64,000 bases of DNA from Methanobacteriota archaeon. GTDB lineage: Archaea; Thermoplasmatota; E2; DHVEG-1. Position numbers and translations under genes: made by a program. The notes under the pieces were generated by a model. It was not told the DNA's origin. It saw only the letters and a list, made by a program, of their open reading frames with translations, and made no database searches. Each line of letters opens with the position of its first letter. Position 1 is the stretch's first letter. Where the stretch lies: NCBI GenBank assembly GCA_963769885.1, contig CAVYNH010000007.1:96001-160000 (forward strand), in the 5' to 3' direction. Of the stretch, positions 18,959 to 28,316 are shown piece after piece.

Positions 18959-19837
18959 ATGCCGCTCATCGACCTCCCCGACGTCCAATCCAGCCAAGCC
19001 CCCAGCCGCTTCAAACTCACCAGAGTCGGCGTCGCCGGCGTCAGACGACAAATCCCAATCAAACGCCCAAACAAAACCACGCTCACCCAACTCAACGTCA
19101 CCATGGACCTCTTCGTCGACCTCCCTGCCACCCAAAAAGGCAGCCACATGAGCCGCAACCTCGAACTCATCGCCAAACTCATCGACACCAACATCCAAAC
19201 CCCAGTTCCCGACCTCGAAACCTTCTGCGCCAACACCGCCGCCCTCCTCCTCACCAAACACGAATACGCCACCTTCTCCGAAGTCAAAGCCCAAGCCGAA
19301 TACTTCTACGACGTCCAATACCCCTCCGGCCAACAAGGCACCGAACCCTGCACCCTCATCGCCGAGGCCCGCATGACCCGCGGCGGCAGCCTCCGCAAAC
19401 TCATCGGCGTCCGCGTCCTCGGTATGACCGCCTGCCCCTGCGCCATGGAAGTCGTCCGCACCATCAGCGACCGCACCACAGACTCCCCCGCCCCCACCCA
19501 CAACCAACGCAACATCGGCACCCTCATGATCGAAGTCCCCAGCAACCACACCCTCGTCGACGCCGACAACCTCATCACCATCGTCCAAGACTCCTTCAGC
19601 TCACCCACCTACAGCCTCCTCAAACGACGCCAAGAGGCCGAACTCGTCCTCCGCGCCCACGAGAAACCCAAGTTCGTCGAAGACGTCGTCCGCGACATGC
19701 TCAAAAAAGTCCTCGACACCTACAAGCACCTCCCCGACGAAGTCCTCGTCATCGCCTGCAGCGAAAGCGAAGAATCCATCCACAAACACAACGCCTACGC
19801 CGAACGCATCACCACCCTCGGAGAACTCCGCAAATAA
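18959..19837 (+). CDS. mptA: GTP cyclohydrolase MptA / FolE2 family
   Basis: LPDVQ, KGSHMSR, GMTACPCA, THNQR, PKFVEDVVR and ESIHKHNA. Confidence 0.93.
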   Translation: MPLIDLPDVQSSQAPSRFKLTRVGVAGVRRQIPIKRPNKTTLTQLNVTMDLFVDLPATQKGSHMSRNLELIAKLIDTNIQTPVPDLETFCANTAALLLTKHEYATFSEVKAQAEYFYDVQYPSGQQGTEPCTLIAEARMTRGGSLRKLIGVRVLGMTACPCAMEVVRTISDRTTDSPAPTHNQRNIGTLMIEVPSNHTLVDADNLITIVQDSFSSPTYSLLKRRQEAELVLRAHEKPKFVEDVVRDMLKKVLDTYKHLPDEVLVIACSESEESIHKHNAYAERITTLGELRK

Positions 19838-19913
19838 CAAAACCAGCTCCAACCCTTTTTTCTGAGATTCCCTGAAAAAAAGCTTAAAAACCCGGTTCTG
19901 GTATCCCTTTGGC

Positions 19914-21035
19914 ATGCCAAAATATCAGATTGCAATCCTCCCCGGGGACGGCATCGGCAAAGACGTCATGGACGCCGCCAAGATCGTCCTCGACACCATG
20001 GCCCTCGACGCCGAGTACCGCCCCGGCGACATCGGCTGGGACTGCTGGCGCACCGAAGGCAACCCCCTCCCCGACCGCACCAAACAACTCCTCAAAGAGA
20101 CCGACTGCTGCCTCTTCGGCGCCATCACCTCAAAACCCAACGCCGACGCCCAAAAAGAACTCCGCCCCGACCTCCAAGGCAAAGGCATCGTCTACCAAAG
20201 CCCCATCGTCCAGCTCCGCCAAGAATTCAACCTCCACACCAACATCAGGCCCTGCAAGGCCTACCCCGGCAACCCGCTCAACTATCGTGATGATATCGAC
20301 CTCGTCGTCTTCCGGGAGAACACCGAGGACCTCTACACCGGCGTCGAATTCCGCCCCGTCCCCCAACCCGTCTTCGACGCCCTCATGACCCATAAGAAGA
20401 TGAAAGCCTTCGCTAAGACGCCACTAGATGAGATGGCGATCTCCTGCCGGATCATCACCAAAAAAGCGTCGCACAACATCATCAAAAACGCCTTCGAGTA
20501 CGCCGCAAAGCACAACCGTAGATCCGTCACCCTCGTCGAGAAACCCAACGTCCTCCGCGAAACCAGCGGCATGATGCTCGAAGAAGGCCGCAAAATCGCC
20601 TCATCCTACCCCTCAATTCCCTTCAAGGAAGTCAACGTCGACGCCATGTGCATGTGGCTCGTCAAAAACCCCCAGGACTACGACATCCTTGTCGCCTCGA
20701 ACATGTTCGGCGACATCATCTCAGACCTCGCCGCCCAACTCGTCGGCGGCCTTGGATTCGCCTCCAGCGGCAACATCGGAGACACCTACGCCGTCTTCGA
20801 ACCAACCCACGGCTCAGCTCCCAAGTACGCCGGCCGGTACAAGGTCAACCCCATGGCCATGCTCCTTACTGTCAAACTGATGCTGGAGTGGCTCGGCGAG
20901 AAAAAACACGCCACAAACCTCGAAGCAGCGGTCGCCCAGGTCATCAAGGATGGAAAAGTCAGGACCTACGACATGGGCGGCAAGAGCAGCACCCTTGACG
21001 TCGCCAGAGAAGTCGCCGCGAAACTCAACCAATAG
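19914..21035 (+). CDS. isocitrate/isopropylmalate dehydrogenase family protein
   Basis: [24 protein letters not shown] and [13 protein letters not shown]. Confidence 0.92.
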   Translation: MPKYQIAILPGDGIGKDVMDAAKIVLDTMALDAEYRPGDIGWDCWRTEGNPLPDRTKQLLKETDCCLFGAITSKPNADAQKELRPDLQGKGIVYQSPIVQLRQEFNLHTNIRPCKAYPGNPLNYRDDIDLVVFRENTEDLYTGVEFRPVPQPVFDALMTHKKMKAFAKTPLDEMAISCRIITKKASHNIIKNAFEYAAKHNRRSVTLVEKPNVLRETSGMMLEEGRKIASSYPSIPFKEVNVDAMCMWLVKNPQDYDILVASNMFGDIISDLAAQLVGGLGFASSGNIGDTYAVFEPTHGSAPKYAGRYKVNPMAMLLTVKLMLEWLGEKKHATNLEAAVAQVIKDGKVRTYDMGGKSSTLDVAREVAAKLNQ

Positions 21036-21109
21036 GAAAACCGGGGGCTTCCACTTATTTCTTCAAAAGCCATTAAGGAAAAAACTGTTTAATTAAAAAA
21101 GGGGAAAAA

Positions 21110-21129
21110 GGTCTAGGTGCACCTAGACC
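21110..21129. terminator. perfect 20-bp palindrome between convergent genes; T-tracts follow on the minus strand
   Basis: GGTCTAGGTG|CACCTAGACC. Confidence 0.55.
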
Positions 21130-21174
21130 CGCGCCGCGAAAGAAAGAAAAGGGGTGAAAGAGTAGATGTTCCCT

Positions 21175-21510
21175 TTACACGTCCAGATATCCATCGAAGT
21201 GGGCCATCACAAAGTGTGGGCCGACCCATCCGATGAAGTCATTCGGGAGCTCAATTCTTTGGAGCAGGTGGAGATTTCCGCTCTTGCGCTGTCCGATGTT
21301 GTGGGTGGTGTAGTGGACAAGGACTGCACGGAATTCAATGGTGTGACCGCCGTTTACGAAGTGGCGAAGGCAGATGATCCCGACCATCTGTGTTCCACCG
21401 ATGATGGCTGTTGGTTGGTCGTTCGAGTGGTTCGTGGCGCCTGCTGCTATGGGAATCAGGCTTGTCATCAGCATGCACGTCAGGATAGCTATTAATTTTT
21501 TAGCGTTCAT
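21175..21510 (-). CDS. small secreted hypothetical protein
   Basis: Signal peptide MNAKKLIAILTCMLMTSLIPIAAGA, followed by a beta-rich domain. Confidence 0.65.
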   Translation of the reverse strand: MNAKKLIAILTCMLMTSLIPIAAGATNHSNDQPTAIIGGTQMVGIICLRHFVNGGHTIEFRAVLVHYTTHNIGQRKSGNLHLLQRIELPNDFIGWVGPHFVMAHFDGYLDV

Positions 21511-21773
21511 ATTTTTCCCCATTTCCTTAATATCCCATATAATATTTAAATTTTTTGCCATTTTAGCTCCTGGTCGCCTCTGGGACTCACTTTCCAGGGT
21601 TCAACAACAGGAGGCCCATAATGCCTTATTTTAATAAAGTGTTTTTATAAAAAACATTATTTAGAACCCGGTTTTATCGTCTGGGGCATTCAATCGCCGC
21701 CGTGAAACGGGCCAGCAAGGCAGAAGGCCAGTCGCCCGTTGTGTGCTGTTGTTTGATATTATCTTTATTAGGA

Positions 21774-22362
21774 TTATATAGTGCTTAAGGAGGTGGCGAT
21801 GCGGGAGAGCTTGTCTTCTGATCGGTGGAGGATCTCGTTGGCGAGATTGATAAGGAGGGAGAGGTAGTCGTTTGTACAATAGAGAATCCCGTTGTTTCCG
21901 ATAGGGGCGTCGAGGCGTTCGGTGCTGGCGATTTCGACGATGATGCGTTTTCCGAGGGAGCGGATGGCGGAGTTTTTAAACCCGGCGGCGTTGGCGGCTT
22001 TGATGAGCCGCTCTGCTCCTTGGAGGGAGTCAGCGCCGGCGTGGATGATAGGAGATTGCCCGAGGATCCAGAGGACGCCGGTCGTTGCCTTTTGAGTACC
22101 TAGTTTTCACTTCGTCCAGGGTTGTGGGCTGATGCCAGCATCCGAGGAAGTCGGCGTGTTGTTTGTCTCCAAGGCGGGGGATTTGGAGGAGGAGGATACG
22201 GCCGGCGCAGCTGCTGAGGGTGTAATAGCCAGGGAGGCTGTTGATCTGGGTGAGGATGGGGAGGATTTGGGTGTCGACGTCGCCGGTGGTGCAGGCGGTG
22301 GTGAGGGCGGCGAGGGCGCGTTCTTTGGCGTCGAGGAACTCTTTTACTTCCTGGGGCGTCAT
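21774..22362 (-). CDS. taw3: tRNA wyosine methyltransferase Taw3/Tyw3, +1 frameshift near 22100 (probable sequencing error)
   Basis: GDVD..I..IL..IN...YYTLSSCAGRI. Continues in another frame as LWILGQSPIIH...AGFKNSAI...IIVEIASTERLDAPI. Length is 3n+1. Confidence 0.85.
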
Positions 22363-22368
22363 GGCTGA

Positions 22369-23529
22369 TTACCGTCCTTGGCGGAGGGTGCGGCGGAGGT
22401 TGACGCCGCGTCTGCGCAGCTCCGTCTGCATGGGTGGGAAGGGAACGATTTCTTCTGGGCAGAAGACGCCGGGGGTGTTGATGGTGCCGTGGTGGAGGAG
22501 TTGGGCGGTGATAGAGACGGGGTAGCCTGTGGTGCGCATCATGGCGGATATCCCGTGGTGCGTGTCGCAGTAGTCGATGAGTGTATAGTCGAGCCGTGTG
22601 GGGTGTCCGTTTTTGGTTCCTTCTCCGAGGACTTTTAAAAGGACGACGTCGTCGCCTTCAGTGGGGAGGTGCTGTTTGAGAAGGGTGATGAGGACCGCTC
22701 TGGGGGCGATGGTGGCGTGGCCGATGGCAAGAGGCTTGATATCGGCGAGGCCGAGGTCGAGGAGGGTTTTTATCCTGTCGCAGTGGCCGGGGTAGCGGAT
22801 GGTCTTATAGTCGAGGTGCTGAATCCTAGTTTTGTAGGTGGTGGGGAGGATGGAGCAGCCGCCGGAGGTGAGGAAGGCTTCCATGCGGCCATAGGGTGGG
22901 GGGAAGTGGATGGGTTCCAGCTCGGTCATGGAGGGTTTGGTGAGGATGCGGCCGTGATCGAGGACGAGGGCGTCTTCGACGTATTCGTTGATGAGGCCGT
23001 CGGGGGAGAAGACGAGTTGGTAGTTGAGGGGCGGGCGGGGGTGGACCGGGAGGCCGCCGACTCTGAGTTTGACGCTAGAGACGGTGTCGAGGGTGTCGAC
23101 GATGTCGCGGGTGATGATGGAGACGAGGCCGGGGGCGAGGCCGCTGTCGGGGATGACGGTGACCTTGTGGTTGATGGCGTCGTGGTGCATGGCGCGTTCG
23201 GCGGCGACGATGTCGTTGTTGCCGCCGAGGTCGATGAAGTGGGTGGCGGTGGCGATGGCTGCTTTGGCGAGTGCGGCGTTGTGGTAGTAGGGGACGGCGG
23301 AGACGGCGATGTCGACGTTCTTGAAGGCTGAGGTGATTTGGGTGGGGCTGGCGGCGTCGAGGGTGGTGTAGTCAACGGTGGTGTCTTTGAGGAGTTTTTT
23401 GGCTTGGGTGAGGGTGTGGGGGTCTTTGTCCGCGAGGAGGATTCTGGTGAACTGGGAGTGTGTGGCGAGGTCGTAGGTGATGGCGCGGCCCATCATGCCG
23501 GCGCCGAGGACGAGGATGTCGATGGGGAT
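22369..23529 (-). CDS. saccharopine dehydrogenase family protein (probable ATC start)
   Basis: IDILVLGAGMMG Rossmann motif, DLGGN, GLAPG, VGGLP, YKTIRYPGH and MMRTTG. AAGGAG SD precedes ATC 23529. Confidence 0.88.
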   Translation of the reverse strand: MPIDILVLGAGMMGRAITYDLATHSQFTRILLADKDPHTLTQAKKLLKDTTVDYTTLDAASPTQITSAFKNVDIAVSAVPYYHNAALAKAAIATATHFIDLGGNNDIVAAERAMHHDAINHKVTVIPDSGLAPGLVSIITRDIVDTLDTVSSVKLRVGGLPVHPRPPLNYQLVFSPDGLINEYVEDALVLDHGRILTKPSMTELEPIHFPPPYGRMEAFLTSGGCSILPTTYKTRIQHLDYKTIRYPGHCDRIKTLLDLGLADIKPLAIGHATIAPRAVLITLLKQHLPTEGDDVVLLKVLGEGTKNGHPTRLDYTLIDYCDTHHGISAMMRTTGYPVSITAQLLHHGTINTPGVFCPEEIVPFPPMQTELRRRGVNLRRTLRQGR

Positions 23530-23669
23530 CGGGGCTCCTTATGGTGGTTTTTTTGCGGTGAATCGGGGTCGTGGGTTATTAAATCTGTGGAGGACAGTGG
23601 TGGAGGCGTATCAGTTTAATAGTTTGGTGTTGTTACCGGAACCGGACTCCTTTCGGGAGAGGGCGTGTC

Positions 23670-24965
23670 ATGAACTCTAGTACGCTTTGGGACCCTAAGC
23701 ATGAGGCGTTATCGTCTGAAGATTTATTGAAGTTACAGACCCAGCGGTTCAAGGCGCTGGTGGCTCGGGTGTATCAATCGAATCAGTATTATCGGAAGCG
23801 GCTGAATGATGCGAAGGTCAAGCCGACTGGGATCTCGTCTCTGAGGGATATTGGGAGGATCCCGTTGTTGACGAAGCAGGATTTGCGGACGTATTATCCG
23901 TTCGGGCTGGTGTGTACGCCGTTGGATGATATCGTGGAGGTGCATGCGTCGTCGGGGACAACGGGGAAGCCAGTCGTCGGGCCGTACACTCGGAATGACC
24001 TGGAGTTGTGGGCTGAGGTGATGGCGCGGTCGCTGTATGCGAACGGGGTGCGGAAGTCTGATGTGTTGCAGAATGCGTACGGCTATGGGTTCTTCACGGG
24101 GGCGCATGGGTTCGAGCGGGGGGCCGAGCGGATCGGGGCCATGGTCCTGACGATTGGCTCGGGGAACACGGACCGGCAGATTGACGTTCTTCGGGATTTC
24201 AAGAGCACGGTGCTGGCGTGTACCCCATCGTATGCCTTGCATATCGCGGAGGTCGCAGAGGAGAAAGGCCTTGATCCCGCGGAGGATTTCAGTCTGCGGT
24301 TGGGCGCGTTTGGGGCGGAGTCCTGGAGCGACAGTATCCGTAAGAGCGTCGAGGACCGCTGGCATATCACCGCGTGCGAACACTATGGCCTCACGGAGAT
24401 CATCGGGCCTGGCGTCGTCTCGGAGTGCTCGGAGCGTCATCTGCATATCAACGCGGATTATTTCTACCCGGAGATCATCGACCCGAACACGGGTGAGGCC
24501 CTGGAGTACGGGACTGAGGGGGAGCTGGTGTTCACGACGTTGACGAAGGAGGCGTTCCCGGCGCTTCGGTTCCGGACCCGGGACCTGGCGATGATCTCGG
24601 ATGAGACCTGTTCCTGTGGGCGGACGCTGCCGATCATGTCGCGGATTAAGGGCCGTAGCGATGATATGATGAAGGTGAAGGGCGTCATCGTGTTCCCGTC
24701 ACAGATTGAGGCCGCGCTCATGGTCACGCCGGGCGTCAGCGACAACTACCAGATCATCAAGAAGAAACAGGGCGACATGTATTCGTTGTCAGTCGAGGTG
24801 GAACCGACAGAGGAACGTTATAGAGAGGGTCACCTGGATGAGTTGGAGAAGCGGGCGGAGGCCGAGATCTACCGGATCCTGAACCTGCATGTCCCTGTTC
24901 AAGCCATTGTCCCCAAATCAATCCCGCGCAGCACCGGGAAGGCAAAAAGAGTGATAGAACGGTAG
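23670..24965 (+). CDS. paaK: phenylacetate-CoA ligase family protein
   Basis: HASSGTTGKP, YGLTEIIGPG, RFRTRD and GRSDDM. Confidence 0.92.
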   Translation: MNSSTLWDPKHEALSSEDLLKLQTQRFKALVARVYQSNQYYRKRLNDAKVKPTGISSLRDIGRIPLLTKQDLRTYYPFGLVCTPLDDIVEVHASSGTTGKPVVGPYTRNDLELWAEVMARSLYANGVRKSDVLQNAYGYGFFTGAHGFERGAERIGAMVLTIGSGNTDRQIDVLRDFKSTVLACTPSYALHIAEVAEEKGLDPAEDFSLRLGAFGAESWSDSIRKSVEDRWHITACEHYGLTEIIGPGVVSECSERHLHINADYFYPEIIDPNTGEALEYGTEGELVFTTLTKEAFPALRFRTRDLAMISDETCSCGRTLPIMSRIKGRSDDMMKVKGVIVFPSQIEAALMVTPGVSDNYQIIKKKQGDMYSLSVEVEPTEERYREGHLDELEKRAEAEIYRILNLHVPVQAIVPKSIPRSTGKAKRVIER

Positions 24966-24974
24966 CCTAGAGTG

Positions 24975-26180
24975 CTACCGTCGTTTTACTGCCAGCCACA
25001 GGATCAAGCAGATGAGTAGTGCTCCAAGGACTGCGGCTATGGGCACGATTCCTCCGGCGAATGGGAAGAGGATTGGGAAGACGACTGGGAGGACTGCTGC
25101 CCCAATATTGCTGATGGAGACGTAGAGGCTTGCTGCGATGCCGACGTTGGCCTCGGTGACCCCAGGTTCGGTCTCCTGGCTGTAGAGTGCCAGCGGCCAG
25201 GATGCCTGAAGGCAGAGTCCGAAGAAAAACGCGGCGATGAGGACAAGCAGCCAGCTCATGTCTGTTATGTGGAGGTAGTACATCAGGATCCAAAATATAA
25301 TTGCTCCAATAATCACTGAGATGGTGACTCTCTTCAGCCCGACGCGCTTCATGATGAACGGTGCGGCGAACGCTCCGATAGCACAGCCATACAGCAAGGT
25401 CCCGGCGATGTACCCTCCTGTCGCTCCGGGGTACAGGAAGTGGGTGAAGGCGGAGATGACCAGGGTGATGCCGACGACGAAGAAACCGATGAAGGGGTAG
25501 AGGTAGGCGTTGCGCTGACCGAAGACGTTACGCATGCCTTCTGCGAACTTCATCTTGACGACGGTGGGGCGTTCCTCCGGTGGCGTCGCTGGGTGGTCTT
25601 TCGCTGCGACGACCCAGAGCAGGAAGCTGATGACCGCGAGGATGCCGAAGATGAGATAGCCGGTATACCCCGGTTGTGGTTCATTGTTGATGCCGATGAG
25701 GAGAGGCATGGCAAGGGAGCCGGTACCGAACCCGATGAACAATCCAGAGGCTGCAATACCAACTGAGAGGCCTGATGACTTCGCTGGGAACCAGCGCAGC
25801 ATCTGTGGTGCCAAGGCGACGAGGATCCAGGCGAGACCGATACCGGCGATGATGCTGGTCAGCATCAGTGACTCGAAACTCGTGAGCAACCAGGGGCGGA
25901 TGCCGAAGCCGATGGCCATGAAGAGCGCGCCGATGGTAATCGAGAGCTTCGGTCCTCGTTGGTCAATGAGTCGGCCGGCGGGCCAGGCGAAGAAGACAAC
26001 GAACATCCCGATCAAGGATATGAGCAGATGTGCTTCCCAGTCGGGAACATGGAACAATCCTTCATATCGGGTCAACATAGGGGACAGGGCGAACCAGTTC
26101 GCCCCGTACGCGAAGATCACTAGCCAGAAGAGGGCGACAACCACCCATCGGTAGGAATAGACTTTTTGCTCCATACGCAC
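24975..26180 (-). CDS. MFS transporter
   Basis: About 12 TM helices, YSYRWVV start and GRLIDQRG motif A. Confidence 0.88.
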   Translation of the reverse strand: MRMEQKVYSYRWVVVALFWLVIFAYGANWFALSPMLTRYEGLFHVPDWEAHLLISLIGMFVVFFAWPAGRLIDQRGPKLSITIGALFMAIGFGIRPWLLTSFESLMLTSIIAGIGLAWILVALAPQMLRWFPAKSSGLSVGIAASGLFIGFGTGSLAMPLLIGINNEPQPGYTGYLIFGILAVISFLLWVVAAKDHPATPPEERPTVVKMKFAEGMRNVFGQRNAYLYPFIGFFVVGITLVISAFTHFLYPGATGGYIAGTLLYGCAIGAFAAPFIMKRVGLKRVTISVIIGAIIFWILMYYLHITDMSWLLVLIAAFFFGLCLQASWPLALYSQETEPGVTEANVGIAASLYVSISNIGAAVLPVVFPILFPFAGGIVPIAAVLGALLICLILWLAVKRR

Positions 26181-26257
26181 AAATCCTCTCCGCCCGATGG
26201 TAACATGTTACTCTATTAAAGCTTGTCTAAATGGTCGATGAACCCTGGTAGGTTATT

Positions 26258-27370
26258 CTAGTAGGGATTCTTTGCCGGGTGCCAGTCGAAGTTAATCCAT
26301 CTTTTCCCATGGATTATCATGGGTCCTGAGCCGTCCCAAGAGTCCCAATAGTTACGAGCCCAGCGTGAGCCTATGGTATCCATGAAATAGGCATCCATGC
26401 CGTTCTTGAAGAAGTTATTTTTTGTGACAGACGCCAGAAAAGATCCAACAAAGAGAATGCCTGTTTGATTGCATTCTGAAATCGAGTTGGCAGTAATGGA
26501 AGTCGACAAAGCTGAAAGCAAATTGATGCCATTCCGACAATGGGAAATATTGTTGCCCGAGATCAAATTAAAACCACCAACCCAAATAGCAATACCATCA
26601 ACAAACTTTGTTATGGTATTCCCAACGATTCTATTTGATGAAAACGCTTGATCTATGCCCTGACTAATATTGAGGCCCCCTGGATGAGTTGCATTAGCGA
26701 TAATATTTCCTTCAATCAGACAATGGCAACCTTGTGTATAGATTCCCTCAAATGCCGGATAGAGAATGGTGTTCCCACGGATGGTCGATAATGTTAGAAA
26801 AGAGTCAATCCCAATTGCCGTCCTGTTTGTATATCCCGGGGTACCGACTGACATGATCGTATTCCCGGAGATGATGGAGTGAAAGGTCAATGCCTGCACG
26901 ATGCCCGTCCTAGTGTTGATGAAGGTATTATTTGAGATGTTGACGTTCGATGATTTCTGAATATGAATGCCAGAATCAAATTCATTGAGGCTGCAGTTCC
27001 TGATCGTGAACCCGGAGACGCGGACCCCGTTCGTGCCATAGATATAGAGGACGTCTGAGCTTCCACCGCCTCCCATCCCGTCGATGACCGTGGTCTCCTT
27101 ATCCTCGCCGATGAGGCGAATCGACTTGTCGATGACGATGTTTTTTTCGTAGTACGGTGATGAGTCATTGTAAACGAAGACGGTGTCCCCCGCGGCAGCG
27201 TCAAGGACCGCGTCTGTGATGTTACTGTAATTCCCAGGCCCAGAGCCTCCAACGTAGAGGATGACTCCCGAAGTCCCGCGCGCTTGTTGCGACGATACCG
27301 GAACTGCCATACTCAAACAGCATAGGACGGCGACAAGGAAACGGACTCTTTTCCCGTTATCTCTTTCCAT
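26258..27370 (-). CDS. secreted right-handed beta-helix (NosD/CASH) protein
   Basis: LYVGGSGPGNYS.I..AV..A..GDTVFVY, I..N.I repeats and C-terminal NYW...NFDWHPA. Confidence 0.85.
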   Translation of the reverse strand: MERDNGKRVRFLVAVLCCLSMAVPVSSQQARGTSGVILYVGGSGPGNYSNITDAVLDAAAGDTVFVYNDSSPYYEKNIVIDKSIRLIGEDKETTVIDGMGGGGSSDVLYIYGTNGVRVSGFTIRNCSLNEFDSGIHIQKSSNVNISNNTFINTRTGIVQALTFHSIISGNTIMSVGTPGYTNRTAIGIDSFLTLSTIRGNTILYPAFEGIYTQGCHCLIEGNIIANATHPGGLNISQGIDQAFSSNRIVGNTITKFVDGIAIWVGGFNLISGNNISHCRNGINLLSALSTSITANSISECNQTGILFVGSFLASVTKNNFFKNGMDAYFMDTIGSRWARNYWDSWDGSGPMIIHGKRWINFDWHPAKNPY

Positions 27371-27455
27371 TTTCAACCCCCGTTAAAGAACAAAGACTTG
27401 ATGAGATATTTAATATTAATGGCAAAGGGGATTAAAAGAACGAGGAAAAGGGGAC

Positions 27456-27553
27456 GCCCGAAGAGAGCGCCACGCGGACACCAAATGCCCACGCGCGCAG
27501 CTCCCACAGAAGGCCAGGCACCGGCGCCAAACGCCGCCGCCCGCCCACCGGGC
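27456..27553 (-). ncRNA. candidate novel structured RNA with two UUUGG-capped hairpins
   Basis: TATAAATA 25 nt upstream, terminal stem GCCCGG/TCGGGC, two GC-rich hairpins with identical TTTGG loops, G-U pairs favouring the minus strand, and T-tract downstream. Confidence 0.55.
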
Positions 27554-27666
27554 AATGATACTATTTGTCACTCCCCCTATTTATAGCTTGTCCCGCCAAC
27601 TCCCACCCCATTAAAAACACCAGGGTACCAGAAACCCTATAACACCACAACAACTACCACCACACT

Positions 27667-27725
27667 GCCTCTATCCAAAGAGAATCGGTGACTATGATGA
27701 TCCGATTTGACGACATAGAGGTACA
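27667..27725 (+). ncRNA. archaeal box H/ACA pseudouridylation guide RNA (candidate)
   Basis: Lower stem GCCTCTAT/ATAGAGGT, pocket CCAAAGAG/TGACGAC, upper stem AATCGG/CCGATT, K-loop U-GA...GA-U, and ACA 15 nt from the pocket top. TATA-like CCTATAA about 25 nt upstream. Confidence 0.72.
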
Positions 27726-27757
27726 GAGAAGCCCCTGGCACCCTACCGGGGCTTCTC
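27726..27757 (+). terminator. 10-bp hairpin immediately after the ACA box
   Basis: GAGAAGCCCC...GGGGCTTCTC. Confidence 0.45.
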
Positions 27758-27833
27758 CCCATATACTAATATTTTCAAAAAAAATTTAAATAAACCCATT
27801 TATATTCGCTCGCTCGTCTGGGAGAAAAAGCAA

Positions 27834-28316
27834 ATGGGAGGAAATCGAGCCCGTCGTTTGTGGTCTTCAAACGAGGACGCGGTGTCCGAAGAGTACACCG
27901 CACTGCCTGCCCTCTGCACGGTCGTCATCGGCCTGGCGCTGTTTTTCCTTCTCCTCGCGCACGCATACACTGCGTCACAGGCCCAAAGCGAGACGATCCG
28001 CACCTACCACACGGCAGAGCTCCTCACGGAAAAACTCCTCGACCCTGCCAACGCCTTCATGCTGCCGGGGGGCATCCTCGACATTGCCTCCTTCGCTGAC
28101 GCAGCCGAGCCCCCCCGACTCCGGCAGGAATATTCCCCCTCAGGGTTCGATTTCCTCATCCGTCTCACCTACAACCACACCGCCATCACCCTCCCCGCCA
28201 ACGCCACCATCCCACAGACCTACATCGCCGCCTCACGCACCCTCCCCGTCGCCCTCAGCGACGCCCAGACCGTCCCCGGCACCCTCACCGTCCTCCTCTG
28301 GAGACGGCCCGCATGA
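27834..28316 (+). CDS. pilin-like protein (class III signal peptide-like N-terminus)
   Basis: NEDA/VSEEYTALPALCTVVIGLALFFLLL and C-terminal VPGTLTVLLW. Confidence 0.7.
   Translation: MGGNRARRLWSSNEDAVSEEYTALPALCTVVIGLALFFLLLAHAYTASQAQSETIRTYHTAELLTEKLLDPANAFMLPGGILDIASFADAAEPPRLRQEYSPSGFDFLIRLTYNHTAITLPANATIPQTYIAASRTLPVALSDAQTVPGTLTVLLWRRPA

Noticed and set aside
27456-27553. tRNA-Sec or other tRNA (the GCCCGG...TTCGGGCG ends resemble a Sec acceptor stem)
   Set aside because: No anticodon arm with UCA, no T-loop and no cloverleaf.
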